64,000 nucleotides of DNA from an uncultured Methylomirabilota bacterium (GTDB lineage Bacteria; Methylomirabilota; Methylomirabilia; Methylomirabilales; 2-02-FULL-66-22), in assembly GCA_963705305.1 (NCBI GenBank), contig OY970067.1, positions 1,888,001-1,952,000 on the forward strand, read 5' to 3'. Below, in pieces: positions 39,116 to 48,766 of the stretch (its first letter is position 1; each line of letters opens with the position of its first letter). Made by a program: the position numbers and the translations under genes. The notes beneath the pieces were generated by a model. The model searched no databases. It was not told the origin of the DNA and was given only the letters and a program-made list of their open reading frames with translations.

Positions 39116-41263
39116 ATGGAAGTCCGGATCGGAATCGATGTGGGCGGCACCTTCACCAAGGCGGTCGCGATCGACAACGCCAGCCTCGAGATCGTGGGCA
39201 AGGCCAGTACCATGACCACCCACCGCGCGGCCGAGGGGGTCGCCGCCGGGGTCATCCAGGTCTTTCACGATGTCTTGGCCCAGACGCACATCGAGCCCTG
39301 CGAGGTGCGCTTCGTGGCTCACAGCACGACCCAGGCCACCAACGCCCTGCTGGAGGGGGATGTGGCGCCGGTCGGCATTCTGGGAATGGGCGGCTCCTGG
39401 CTGCAGAGCTGGCTGGCGCGCCGCCAGACCCGCATCGGGGACATCCAGCTGGCACCGGGGAAGACGCTACCCACCTTCCATGCCTACCTGCGGACGGCCG
39501 ATCTCACGACCGACGCCGTGCGCCGGGCGCTGGAAGAGCTGACCCGCCAGGGGGCCCGCGTCATCGTGGCGAGCGAAGCGTTCGGGGTGGACAGCAGCGC
39601 CAACGAGCGCCGGGTCATCGAGGTCGCGGAGGCGTTCGGCCTGCCGGCCTGCGGCGGCAGCGCGATCACCAAGCTGTACGGGCTGACCGTGCGGACCCGC
39701 ACCGCCGTGGTGAACGCCTCCATCCTCCCGAAGATGGTGGAGACCGCCGACATGACCGAGCGGAGCGTGCGCAGCGCCCACATCGAAGCCCCCCTCATGA
39801 TCATGCGCGGGGACGGCGGCCTCATGGATGTGGCCGAAATGCGCAAGCGGCCCATCGTGACCATGCTCTCGGGACCGGCAGCCAGCGTGGCCGGCGCCCT
39901 CATGTATTTGCGCGTCTCCGACGGGATTTTCTTCGAGGTGGGCGGCACCAGCACCAATATCGGCGTTATCAAGAACGGCCGTCCCATGGTGAAATACGTC
40001 GACCTGGGCGGCCATCGCACCTTCCTGAACTCTCTGGACGTGCGCGTCTTGGGCGTTGCCGGCGGGAGCATGCCCCGGCTGGCCCACGGCCAGCTCGTGG
40101 ACGTGGGGCCGCGGAGCGCGCACATCGCTGGGCTGCCCTACGCGGCCTTCGCCGACCCCGAGGAGCTGCGCGGATGCGAACTGATCCTGGTGCGCCCACG
40201 GCCGGCGGATCCGGAGGACTACGCGGCGGTCCGGACGCGGGCGGGGAAGGCCTATGCGATCACCAACACCTGCGCGGCCAACGTCCTGGGGCTGGCGCAG
40301 CCCGGCCACTACGCCTACGGGAACCCGGAGGCCGCCAGGGCGGCGATGGGGGCTCTAACCGGCCGCCTCGGCCAGCCCGTGGAGGCGGTGGCCCGGCGCA
40401 TCCTGGAGATTCCCTCGGCCAAGATCGCCGCCCTCCTCGAAACGCTCATCGCGGAGTACCAGCTGGAGCGCCGGGGGGTGGTCCTGGTGGGCGGGGGCGG
40501 CGGCGCGGCGGCCCTCATCCCCTTCACCGCGCAGGCCATGGGCCTGGAGTACCAGATCGCCAAGAATGCGGAGGTCATTTCCTCCATCGGGGTGGCGCTG
40601 TCCATGATCCGGGACATCGTGGAGCGCACGATCCCCAACCCCCGCCCCGAGGACATTGCGGCCATCAAGCGGGAAGCGGTGGAGGCCGCGGTGCGGGTGG
40701 GCGCAGCGCCCGAGTCCGTGCAGGTGTACATCGAGGTGGACAGCCAGAAGAGCCGGGTGCGCGCGACGGCGCTCGGCACCACCGAGCTGAAAGCCCGCGA
40801 TCTGCTCAGGGCGGTGAGCGGGGCAGAGGCGGCTGCCATCGCCGCCCAATCCATGCATGCCGACCCCGCCACCGTCCGCCTGCTGGGACAGACCGAGACC
40901 CTGCGCGTGTACGAGGGGCAGCTCGAACGGCGGGAATGGGGGGTGTTCCGCACAACCCGGCGACCGATCCGGGTGGTGGACCACCAGGGCTTCGTCAAGC
41001 TGCAGCGCGAGGTCGCCCTGGTGCAGCCGACCACCGTGGCGGTCTGGGCGGAGGCCTTCCGGGGCCTCTGGCAGAAGGGCACCGTCTACGTCGGGGACGC
41101 CACGGTGTACCCAGACATGTTCCTGCTGGTGGGCAGCCGGCTGATCGACCTGTCGGGCATGCAGAAGCTGGAGCAGGCGGAGGAGGTGGCCCGGACCGAA
41201 ACGGTGGGACACCCCGCGACCGAGACGATCGTCCTCATCGCCGGGATGCGAGAGGGGATGTAG
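39116..41263 (+). CDS. Hydantoinase/oxoprolinase (HyuA-like) ATP-binding protein
   Basis: IGIDVGGTFT, HSTTQATNALLEG, SGPAA, EVGGTST, GPRSA, GGGG. Confidence 0.9.
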   Translation: MEVRIGIDVGGTFTKAVAIDNASLEIVGKASTMTTHRAAEGVAAGVIQVFHDVLAQTHIEPCEVRFVAHSTTQATNALLEGDVAPVGILGMGGSWLQSWLARRQTRIGDIQLAPGKTLPTFHAYLRTADLTTDAVRRALEELTRQGARVIVASEAFGVDSSANERRVIEVAEAFGLPACGGSAITKLYGLTVRTRTAVVNASILPKMVETADMTERSVRSAHIEAPLMIMRGDGGLMDVAEMRKRPIVTMLSGPAASVAGALMYLRVSDGIFFEVGGTSTNIGVIKNGRPMVKYVDLGGHRTFLNSLDVRVLGVAGGSMPRLAHGQLVDVGPRSAHIAGLPYAAFADPEELRGCELILVRPRPADPEDYAAVRTRAGKAYAITNTCAANVLGLAQPGHYAYGNPEAARAAMGALTGRLGQPVEAVARRILEIPSAKIAALLETLIAEYQLERRGVVLVGGGGGAAALIPFTAQAMGLEYQIAKNAEVISSIGVALSMIRDIVERTIPNPRPEDIAAIKREAVEAAVRVGAAPESVQVYIEVDSQKSRVRATALGTTELKARDLLRAVSGAEAAAIAAQSMHADPATVRLLGQTETLRVYEGQLERREWGVFRTTRRPIRVVDHQGFVKLQREVALVQPTTVAVWAEAFRGLWQKGTVYVGDATVYPDMFLLVGSRLIDLSGMQKLEQAEEVARTETVGHPATETIVLIAGMREGM

Positions 41264-41275
41264 TGGAGAGCTGGA

Positions 41276-41953
41276 ATGGAGCGGAATCCTGAGGTCTCGC
41301 GCCTGGTGGCGGCGGCCCTGGCCCGTCCGGTAGACGCGGCCCTCTGGGCGGCCATGCTGCGCGAGGATCTCGTGTACGCGAAGATCCCCGTGGACCTCCG
41401 CCAGCCGGCCATCGAGCGCGCCGCGGCCGCGGGCCGCCAGGCCGCACTCGAGTGCCGGACTCGTCACGGCACGGCCGATCCCGTCGCCCTCGTAAAGCAT
41501 TTCGGCGTTCGGCTTGTCGAAAGCGACGCGCCTTACGTGTACGGCAAGCTCGTGCAGACCTCCACCTACGTGCACCGAACTCCGACGATCACCCTCTACA
41601 CGGGGGCCATCGAGGAGATGAATCGCTTCCTGGCCGATCAGGATCTGACGGGACTTCTGGGCATCCGCGACGTACGCCCGGTCTACCTGGCCCATGAGCT
41701 GTTTCACCACCTGGAGGAGTCCTCCCTGGGTCGGGCGGCCGCTCTGGTGCGCGTCGTCACCTTCCGGCTCGGCCCGCTGATCCTGCGATCCGGGATCGCG
41801 CAGCTCAGCGAGATCGCCGCCGACGCCTTCGCCCAGCGACTGCTCGACCTGCCCGCCGCCCCGCGACTGCTCGATTACCTGACGGTCTGGATTCACAATG
41901 AAGCCGCAGGCCTCCGAGGCCTGGCAGCCCTGGCCGCGGAGGGCCCGGGATAG
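41276..41953 (+). CDS. Hypothetical protein with HExxH motif (ImmA/IrrE-like metalloprotease fold)
   Basis: LAHELFHHLE plus downstream SEIAADAFA. Confidence 0.75.
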   Translation: MERNPEVSRLVAAALARPVDAALWAAMLREDLVYAKIPVDLRQPAIERAAAAGRQAALECRTRHGTADPVALVKHFGVRLVESDAPYVYGKLVQTSTYVHRTPTITLYTGAIEEMNRFLADQDLTGLLGIRDVRPVYLAHELFHHLEESSLGRAAALVRVVTFRLGPLILRSGIAQLSEIAADAFAQRLLDLPAAPRLLDYLTVWIHNEAAGLRGLAALAAEGPG

Positions 41954-42106
41954 GTCCCCTTTTTACAGCCCCTCCGGGGCGCGGGTCCGCGGAGGGAGCG
42001 CTCGTGACCGAAATCAGTCGGGGCGCGCGCGGCCCGAATGCGGTGCCCGCGGGGGACCCGGCGCTGCGTGGCCGACCGCGAACACAACCGCCATCACCGC
42101 AACCGA

Positions 42107-42135
42107 TTGACAGCCCAACATGGCATGGGCATATT
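42107..42135 (+). promoter_or_regulatory. Candidate sigma70 promoter of the dehydrogenase-sugar ABC operon
   Basis: TTGACA-17-CATATT followed by an AT-rich segment. Confidence 0.5.
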
Positions 42136-42249
42136 AGGCCGAAAATATGATCCGATATTGATTCCATCGCGATCCGCAGGGCAGGCAAATCCGGCGTGGG
42201 GGCAGCCGCGGCCGGGCGAGAAAAACCCACACACAAAGGGGGCGAGGCC

Positions 42250-43329
42250 ATGAGTGAAGGGGTCCCGAAGACCATGCGCGCCGCCGTGCTGCATGGGAAG
42301 AACGATTTGCGGGTACAGGACTGTCCCGTGCCGATCCCCGGCCCCCTGGAGGTGCTGATGCGGGTCCACGCGTGTGCCATCTGCGGCACCGATCCGCGCG
42401 TCATCAGAGAGGGGTGGCCCGGCATGCCGCCCTTTGGGGTTTTCATCCCCGGCCATGAATACAGCGGACAGATCGTCGCGGTCGGCCCCGGGGTCACCGG
42501 GTTCGCCGTAGGAGACCGGGTGGCGATCGAGTCCCACAAGGGGTGCGGTCACTGCATCAACTGCAAGCGGGGGCGGTACACGATCTGCCTGAACTACGGC
42601 AAGCCGGAGACAGGGCACCGGCATTACGGATTCACCTTCAACGGGGGGTACGCCCAATATGCGGTGAACCATATCAGCACGCTGTACCGCATTGGCGATA
42701 ATGTCGCCTATGAAGAGGCCGCCCTGGTGACGACGGCCGCCTGCGTCCATTTCGCGCTGGACAACGTGGGCGGGCTTCTGGGCGGCGAGACGGTCGCGGT
42801 GCTGGGGCCCGGCCCCATCGGGTTGATGGGTGTGCAGCTGGTCAAGGCGCTGGGCGCCACCAAGGTCATCCTGACGGGGACTCGCCCCGAGCGGCTCGCG
42901 GCAGGCAAGGCGCTGGGCGCCAACGTCGTCGTGAACGTCCACGAGCAGGATCCGGTCGCGGTGGTGAAGGCTGAAACCGGGGGGCTCGGCGCCGAGCTCA
43001 TTCTGGAGTGCTCGGGAAGCTCTGAGGCGGCCGCGCAGGCGGTCGAGATGGGGCGGCGCGGCGCGCGGATCTCCTTCATCGGCGACCCGCACACCCCGGC
43101 CACCATCAACCTCCGGCGCTTCGTCCTGGAAGACATGCGGGCGGCCGGGGTGCGGGGCGAGGGCATGGCCGATTGCCAGCGCAGCCTGGCGCTGCTGGCG
43201 GCCGGCCGGATCGCCGCCAAGCCGATGATCACGCACCACTTCCCGCTGGAGCAGATCAACGAGGCCCTGCAAACCTTCATCCAGCGGAAAGGCGGGGCGC
43301 TCAAGGTGATCCTCCTGCCCAACGGATAG
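42250..43329 (+). CDS. Zn-dependent polyol/sugar dehydrogenase (sorbitol DH-like)
   Basis: ICGTD, GHEYSG, CGHCINC…C, GPGPIG. Confidence 0.9.
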   Translation: MSEGVPKTMRAAVLHGKNDLRVQDCPVPIPGPLEVLMRVHACAICGTDPRVIREGWPGMPPFGVFIPGHEYSGQIVAVGPGVTGFAVGDRVAIESHKGCGHCINCKRGRYTICLNYGKPETGHRHYGFTFNGGYAQYAVNHISTLYRIGDNVAYEEAALVTTAACVHFALDNVGGLLGGETVAVLGPGPIGLMGVQLVKALGATKVILTGTRPERLAAGKALGANVVVNVHEQDPVAVVKAETGGLGAELILECSGSSEAAAQAVEMGRRGARISFIGDPHTPATINLRRFVLEDMRAAGVRGEGMADCQRSLALLAAGRIAAKPMITHHFPLEQINEALQTFIQRKGGALKVILLPNG

Positions 43330-43373
43330 CCGCTCACCTCTCCGGGCCGCCGCATGACCGAACGGGACCAGTG

Positions 43374-44870
43374 ATGCCAGAGCAGCCCCTTCTTCGATCG
43401 CGACAGATCACGAAGACGTTCCCAGGCGTGCTGGCCCTGGACCGCATCGATTTTGACCTGTACCCGGGAGAGGTGCATGTGCTTCTGGGCGAGAACGGGG
43501 CGGGCAAGTCCACGCTCATGAAGGTCCTGGCCGGCGCCTACCAGCCCGATGCGGGGACGATCGAACTGTGCGAACGACCGGTGCGCCTCGCCAACCCGCG
43601 CCAGGCCCAGCGGCTCGGCGTGGGGATCATCTATCAGGAATTCAACTTGGCCCCCTACCTGAGCGTGGCTCAGAACATCTTCCTGGGCCGCTTTCCCCAC
43701 CGGTGGGGACTCCTGGACCAGGCCAGGATCCATGCCGAGAGCCGGCGTCTCCTGGACAGCCTGAACATGGCCATCGACACCCGGGCCAAGGTGGTGAGCC
43801 TCGGTGTGGCGCAGCAGCAGATGGTGGAGGTAGCCAAAGCCCTCTCCATGCAATCCAAGATCCTGATCATGGACGAGCCGACGGCGGCTCTGACCGAGCG
43901 CGAGATCGAGCAGCTCTTTGCCACGATTCGCCGCCTCAAGCAGCAGGGCATCGGGATCATCTATATCTCCCACCGCCTCCAGGAGGTGCACCAGATCGGC
44001 GATCGGGTGACGGTTCTGCGTGACGGCAAGCTGATCGGCACGCGCCCGGTGCAACAGGCGACGGTAGGCGAGCTCATCGCCATGATGGTGGGACGGACCA
44101 TCACCCAGATGTTCCCGCGCGACTACCAGCCCCGGGGGCAGGAGGCGCTGCGGGCGGAGGGGCTGGTGAGCGGGACCCGGCTGCGCGGGGCCTCCCTGAC
44201 CGTCCACGGGGGGGAGATCGTGGGGCTGGCCGGTTTGGTGGGGGCGGGGCGCACCGAGCTCGCTCGCGCGGTCTTCGGCGCGGACCCGGTCGAGCAGGGC
44301 CAGGTCTCCGTCTTCGGGCAGCCGGTGCGGGCCGCCAGTCCGGACAAGATGGTGAGCCTGGGGATGGGGCTGCTGCCCGAGGATCGAAAGCTCCAGGGGT
44401 TGGCCATGATCCTCTCCCTGAGCGAGAACGTGGTCCTGGCCAGCTTGCGGCGCCTGTTCCCGCGCCGCGTTGTGGACAAGAGCGCGGAGCGCGAGGTGGT
44501 GGCCCGGTATATCCGAGATCTCCGGATCGCCACACCCTCCCCCAACCGACTGGTGCAATATCTCTCCGGTGGGACGCAGCAGAAGGTCGTGCTGGCCAAG
44601 TGGCTCTGCACCCACTCCAAGATCTTCATCTTCGACGAGCCCACCCGGGGCATCGACGTCGGGGCCAAGGCGGAAATTCACGGCTTCATGAACGAGCTGG
44701 TCAAACAGGGTGCCGCGGTGCTGATGATCTCTTCCGACCTGCCGGAGATCCTGGGCATGAGTGATCGCATCTATGTGATGCGGCAGGGACGAGTTGTGGC
44801 CGAGGTTCCCCGCGAGCAGGCGACCCAGGAGCGGATCGTGGCATATGCCATGGGGCACCAGGTCGCGTGA
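43374..44870 (+). CDS. Monosaccharide ABC ATPase (RbsA-like, tandem domains)
   Basis: GENGAGKST, MDEPT, LSGGTQQK, DEPTRGIDVGAK. Confidence 0.94.
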   Translation: MPEQPLLRSRQITKTFPGVLALDRIDFDLYPGEVHVLLGENGAGKSTLMKVLAGAYQPDAGTIELCERPVRLANPRQAQRLGVGIIYQEFNLAPYLSVAQNIFLGRFPHRWGLLDQARIHAESRRLLDSLNMAIDTRAKVVSLGVAQQQMVEVAKALSMQSKILIMDEPTAALTEREIEQLFATIRRLKQQGIGIIYISHRLQEVHQIGDRVTVLRDGKLIGTRPVQQATVGELIAMMVGRTITQMFPRDYQPRGQEALRAEGLVSGTRLRGASLTVHGGEIVGLAGLVGAGRTELARAVFGADPVEQGQVSVFGQPVRAASPDKMVSLGMGLLPEDRKLQGLAMILSLSENVVLASLRRLFPRRVVDKSAEREVVARYIRDLRIATPSPNRLVQYLSGGTQQKVVLAKWLCTHSKIFIFDEPTRGIDVGAKAEIHGFMNELVKQGAAVLMISSDLPEILGMSDRIYVMRQGRVVAEVPREQATQERIVAYAMGHQVA

Positions 44871-45854
44871 TGAGCGCCATGGACGACCCGGAGAGAGCGG
44901 GGGAGAACGTGACCACGCCGGCCCCGTGGAAGAGGGTCCCGCCGGTGGCGTGGGTGCTGCTGCTGCTGATCGCCTTCTTCGGCCTGGCCGCCCCGGGGTT
45001 CTTCACCGCCGGGAATTTCTTGAACATCACGCTCCAGGGGTCCGTCCTGCTGATCTTGGCGGTGGCGGCTACGCTGGTGATCCTGACGGAAGGCATCGAC
45101 CTCTCCCCGGGAAGCGTCCTCACCCTGGCCGGCGTCACCAGCGTCCTGGCGCTGCAGCAGGGGCTGCCCTTGCCGGCGGCGATTCTCACGGGGGTGCTGA
45201 CGGGGGTGGCCTGCGGGGCGGTGACCGGGCTCCTCATCACGCTGGGCAAGCTCCCTCCCTTCATCGCCACCCTGGGCATGATGGGGATGGCCGCAGGGAT
45301 GGCTCTGGTTTTTACCCGGCAGGGGGCCATCTATACCGATCGGCCCGGGTTCATCTTTCTGGGGAGCGGGTCCGTCGGACCGCTGCCCATGCCGACGGTC
45401 GTCTCCGGGCTCGTGTTCCTCCTGGCCTGGATCGTGCTGTACCAGACAGACTTCGGCCGATACATCATCTCCATCGGGGGCAACGAGGCGGGGACGCGCC
45501 TCTCCGGCGTCAACACCCGCTGGTGGGAGTTCCTGACCTACGTCGTGGCCGGTGCCCTGGCCGGGCTGGGGGGCGTGATCATGGCCGCCCGTCTGCATGC
45601 CGCCGATCCCATCGTGGGGAACGGGTGGGAGTTTGACGCCATCGCGGCCACGATCCTGGGCGGCACCAGCTTCGAGAAGGGCAATGGGGGCCTCGCGGGG
45701 ACGGTATTGGGCGTGCTGCTCATCGCGGTTCTGCGAAACGGGCTCGAACGTCGTCGGGGTGGAGGGGATGTGGCAGCCGGCGCTGATCGGCCTGGTCATC
45801 ATTGCCGCCATCGTGTTCAACGTCCTGCTCAAGCAGCGGGGGGTGATCCCGTGA
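44867..45854 (+). CDS. Monosaccharide ABC permease 1 (RbsC-like) with a +1 frameshift near 45746
   Basis: GIDLS, PPFIATLG, GGTSF; removing one base gives NGLNVVGVEGMWQPALIG…GVIP* ending at 45854. Confidence 0.8.
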
Positions 45855-46834
45855 GCCCCGCCGCCGAGGTCCGGGTCCGGGGGCGGCACCTGGATCGCCG
45901 CCTGCTCTCCACCGGCTCCCGGCTGTTCGCGCTGGTGTTGTTGTGCCTGGTCATGACGGCCGCCTCGCCGGTGTTCCTCACCGGCACGAACGCCCTGAAC
46001 GTGCTCCGCGTGGCCAGCCTTCTGGTCATCCTGGGCATCGGCCAGACCATCGTCATCCTCACGGCGGGCATCGATCTGTCCATCGGCGCGGTGCTGACCA
46101 TGTCCAGCGTCATCGCCGCGCTGGGGCTCAAGGCCGGCATCCCGTTGCTGCTGGCCCTGGCTGCAGGCCTGGCGGTGGGGGCGGTGCTGGGGTTTCTCAA
46201 CGGAGTGATGGTGGCGGTGGTCAAGCTGCCTCCTTTCATCGCCACCTACGGCATGATGTGGGTGGCCTCCGGCTTTGCGGTGGTGCTGCTCAAGGGGCAG
46301 GTCATCTACGGGTTTAAGGAGAACTTCCGATTCTTGGGGGTGGGGAATCTGATGGGAATCCCCATGCCGATCGTCGCCATGGCGGTCCTCTGGGCCCCGA
46401 CCTACTTTCTCCTGCGGCACACCACCTTCGGTCGGGCCCTCTATGCGGTCGGCGCCAATCCGGAGGCGGCCCGCCTCTCCGGTGTGAAGAAGGACCGGAC
46501 GCTCACCCTGGCGTACACCCTGAGCGGGTCGCTGGCGGCCGCCGCGGGGTTGGTCTACGTCGCGCGCCTGAATGCGGCCGAGGCGGGGATCGGGGCCAAC
46601 ATGCTCCTGCCGCCGATCGCGGCCGTCGTGATCGGCGGCACCAGCCTCTTCGGCGGCGAAGGAGGCATCGTGGGCACCGTGATCGGCGCCCTGATCATGA
46701 CCATCGTGCAGAATGGCATGAACCTGCTGGGCGTGGAATCCGTCTGGCAGGGAGTCGTGCTGGGAGCCCTGATCGTGATCGCCGTGCTCCTGGATCAATG
46801 GGCGCGGTGGGCCGTGGCCGGGGGGAACACCTGA
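45851..46834 (+). CDS. Monosaccharide ABC permease 2 (RbsC-like)
   Basis: GTGA overlap with permease 1; GIDLSIG, GANPEAARLSG, IGGTSLFGG. Confidence 0.88.
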   Translation: MSPAAEVRVRGRHLDRRLLSTGSRLFALVLLCLVMTAASPVFLTGTNALNVLRVASLLVILGIGQTIVILTAGIDLSIGAVLTMSSVIAALGLKAGIPLLLALAAGLAVGAVLGFLNGVMVAVVKLPPFIATYGMMWVASGFAVVLLKGQVIYGFKENFRFLGVGNLMGIPMPIVAMAVLWAPTYFLLRHTTFGRALYAVGANPEAARLSGVKKDRTLTLAYTLSGSLAAAAGLVYVARLNAAEAGIGANMLLPPIAAVVIGGTSLFGGEGGIVGTVIGALIMTIVQNGMNLLGVESVWQGVVLGALIVIAVLLDQWARWAVAGGNT

Positions 46835-46961
46835 GGTCGGCGAGGGGTCTCTCTGGACGGCCGGGAAGAGAGGACCCGCCGGATCGGCTGCTTGCCCGGG
46901 GGATGGCCGCAGCCATGCGTGCAACTCACTCGATCCGAAGCGCGCTTCGGAGGAGGACGCC

Positions 46962-47933
46962 ATGAACAGATTGGTTCCGCTGATCCTCGCAGCCTTCGTG
47001 CTCGCCTTCACCGTGGTGACGCCCGCCTCATCGCAGAGTCTCGAGCCGGTGTACAAGTTCGACACCAAAGTGAAGCCGGCCAGGCCCTATCGGATCGCCG
47101 TGGTTCTGAAGAACCTCACCGACCCCTTCTGGCTCACGCACCAGAGAGCTGCCGAGCAGGCCGGCAAGGATCTGGGCGTGGAGGTCACCGTCTTCGCCCC
47201 CACCAAGCCGGACAACGTGGAGGAGCAGATTCGCATCCTGGAGGATCTGATCTCGAAGAAGGTGGATGCGGTTGTGGTGGCGCCGACCAACACGCAGGCC
47301 ATCGCGGCGGGGGTGCAGAAGCTCAACGCGGCCAAGATTCCGGTGGTGTACGGCAACACCCGCGGCTCGGGGGGCAGCTTTGTTGCCTACATCGGTGCGG
47401 ATAATATCCTGGTGGGGCGGACCATGGCCGAGGAGATGGTCCGGCGCATGGGTGGGAAAGGGAAGCTCTTGATCCTGGAGGGCCTGCCCGGGCAGCAGAC
47501 CGCCGACGATCGCCTCAAAGGCGTGAAAGAGGTGCTGGCCAAGTACCCGGGGATCCAGGTCGCCTCCCAGACCGGCAAATGGACCCTGGACGAAAGCCGG
47601 AACGTCGCCGAGAACACGCTGGAGCGCTGGCCCGACCTCACCGCCATCCTGTGCATCGGCGGACAGATGGGCCTGGGGGCGGTGGAGGCCGTGAAGGCCG
47701 CCGACAAGGAAGGGAAGGTCATCATCTCCAGCATGGATGTCTATCCGGCACAGGTCGCCGCGGTGAAGGCCGGCAAGATCCAGTTCACCATCTCCCAGGC
47801 CCCGCAGGAGCAGGCCTACTGGAGCATCGTGGCCGCCGTCCGGGCGCTGAACGGCGAGAAGGTGCCGCAGGAGATTCGCACGCCCGTCGTGGTCGTCACC
47901 AAGGAGAATGTGGACAAATACGCAGAGCGGTGA
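46962..47933 (+). CDS. Monosaccharide ABC substrate-binding protein (RbsB-like)
   Basis: GGAGG RBS, signal peptide, DPFW, KKVDAVVVAP, TISQAP. Confidence 0.92.
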   Translation: MNRLVPLILAAFVLAFTVVTPASSQSLEPVYKFDTKVKPARPYRIAVVLKNLTDPFWLTHQRAAEQAGKDLGVEVTVFAPTKPDNVEEQIRILEDLISKKVDAVVVAPTNTQAIAAGVQKLNAAKIPVVYGNTRGSGGSFVAYIGADNILVGRTMAEEMVRRMGGKGKLLILEGLPGQQTADDRLKGVKEVLAKYPGIQVASQTGKWTLDESRNVAENTLERWPDLTAILCIGGQMGLGAVEAVKAADKEGKVIISSMDVYPAQVAAVKAGKIQFTISQAPQEQAYWSIVAAVRALNGEKVPQEIRTPVVVVTKENVDKYAER

Positions 47934-48129
47934 GCGCTCCACGCCAATATCCCTTAGCCCAGTGGGGGGGCGGGTCACACACTCTCGCCTCTTGCACCTC
48001 CCCCCTCGACTTGAAACACGGGAACAGCCGTGCGAGTATAATATAAATAGATATAGGAGAGCCGCGCCGAAGCCATCGACCGGCTTCCTGGGGCCAGCGG
48101 GCCGCGGAAGCCTCACGACAGGAGACACA

Positions 48130-48573
48130 ATGGGCAGAAACTGCAGATCATGGCTTGTTCGGGCCGCCGGCATCGTTCTGGCGTCCGCCCTCGGGTTTGC
48201 CATGGCGCCGAACGTGATGGCGCAGGATTGGCACGACCGGGGGCCGGGTTGGGACCGGCACCACGACATCCGGCATTTCGAGGAGCGGGACCTCCATATA
48301 TGGCGGAGCGGACACTGGGCGCACACCCGGCATCACGGGCGCCTGGGCTGGTGGTGGGTGGTCGGCGGAGTGTGGTACTTCTACGAAGCCCCGGTGTACC
48401 CGTATCCCAACCCGTACGTGCCGCCCGTGGTCGTGACGACGCCCCCGCCGGCCCAGGCCACGCCGCAGTACTGGTACTACTGCGGGAGCTCGCGGGCGTA
48501 CTATCCCTACGTCACGGCCTGTCCGGAGGGCTGGATGCAGGTGGTTCCGCAGACGGTGCCGCCTCGACAGTAG
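48130..48573 (+). CDS. Secreted His/Trp/Pro/Tyr-rich hypothetical protein
   Basis: AGGAG RBS, signal peptide, GWWWVVGGVWYFY, YWYYC…YYPYVTACPEGW. Confidence 0.75.
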   Translation: MGRNCRSWLVRAAGIVLASALGFAMAPNVMAQDWHDRGPGWDRHHDIRHFEERDLHIWRSGHWAHTRHHGRLGWWWVVGGVWYFYEAPVYPYPNPYVPPVVVTTPPPAQATPQYWYYCGSSRAYYPYVTACPEGWMQVVPQTVPPRQ

Positions 48574-48576
48574 AAT

Positions 48577-48702
48577 CCATTCCGAATGGTATCTCACCGC
48601 CAAGGCGCCAAGGGAAAAATTCGAATTTCAAAGTTCGAACTTCGAAATTGAAAGGGGCGATCTTGGCGTCATGGCGGTTGAAGAGCTCTTTCGGTTCAAG
48701 GT
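48577..48702. repeat. Palindromic intergenic repeat, copy 2
   Basis: Arms CCGCCAAGGCGCCAAG / CTTGGCGTCATGGCGG (14/16 complementary) around AATTCGA-like heptamers; lies between convergent genes. Confidence 0.8.
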
Positions 48703-48766
48703 GGGCTTGCACCGTGGGTGGCCAGCCGTGGTCTCCCGTCCGGGTCCGCTCCCCGCGTCGTGAGGC

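Noticed and set aside
35631..39116. Long N-terminal extensions on the amidohydrolase (661 aa) and hydantoinase (894 aa) ORFs
   Set aside because: Low-complexity Arg/Pro/Gly-rich translations of intergenic DNA or of the neighbouring gene; internal starts fit better
44867..46834. 655-aa 'fused double permease' ORF
   Set aside because: Artefact of the +1 frameshift at ~45746; correcting it yields two ordinary permeases with a GTGA overlap
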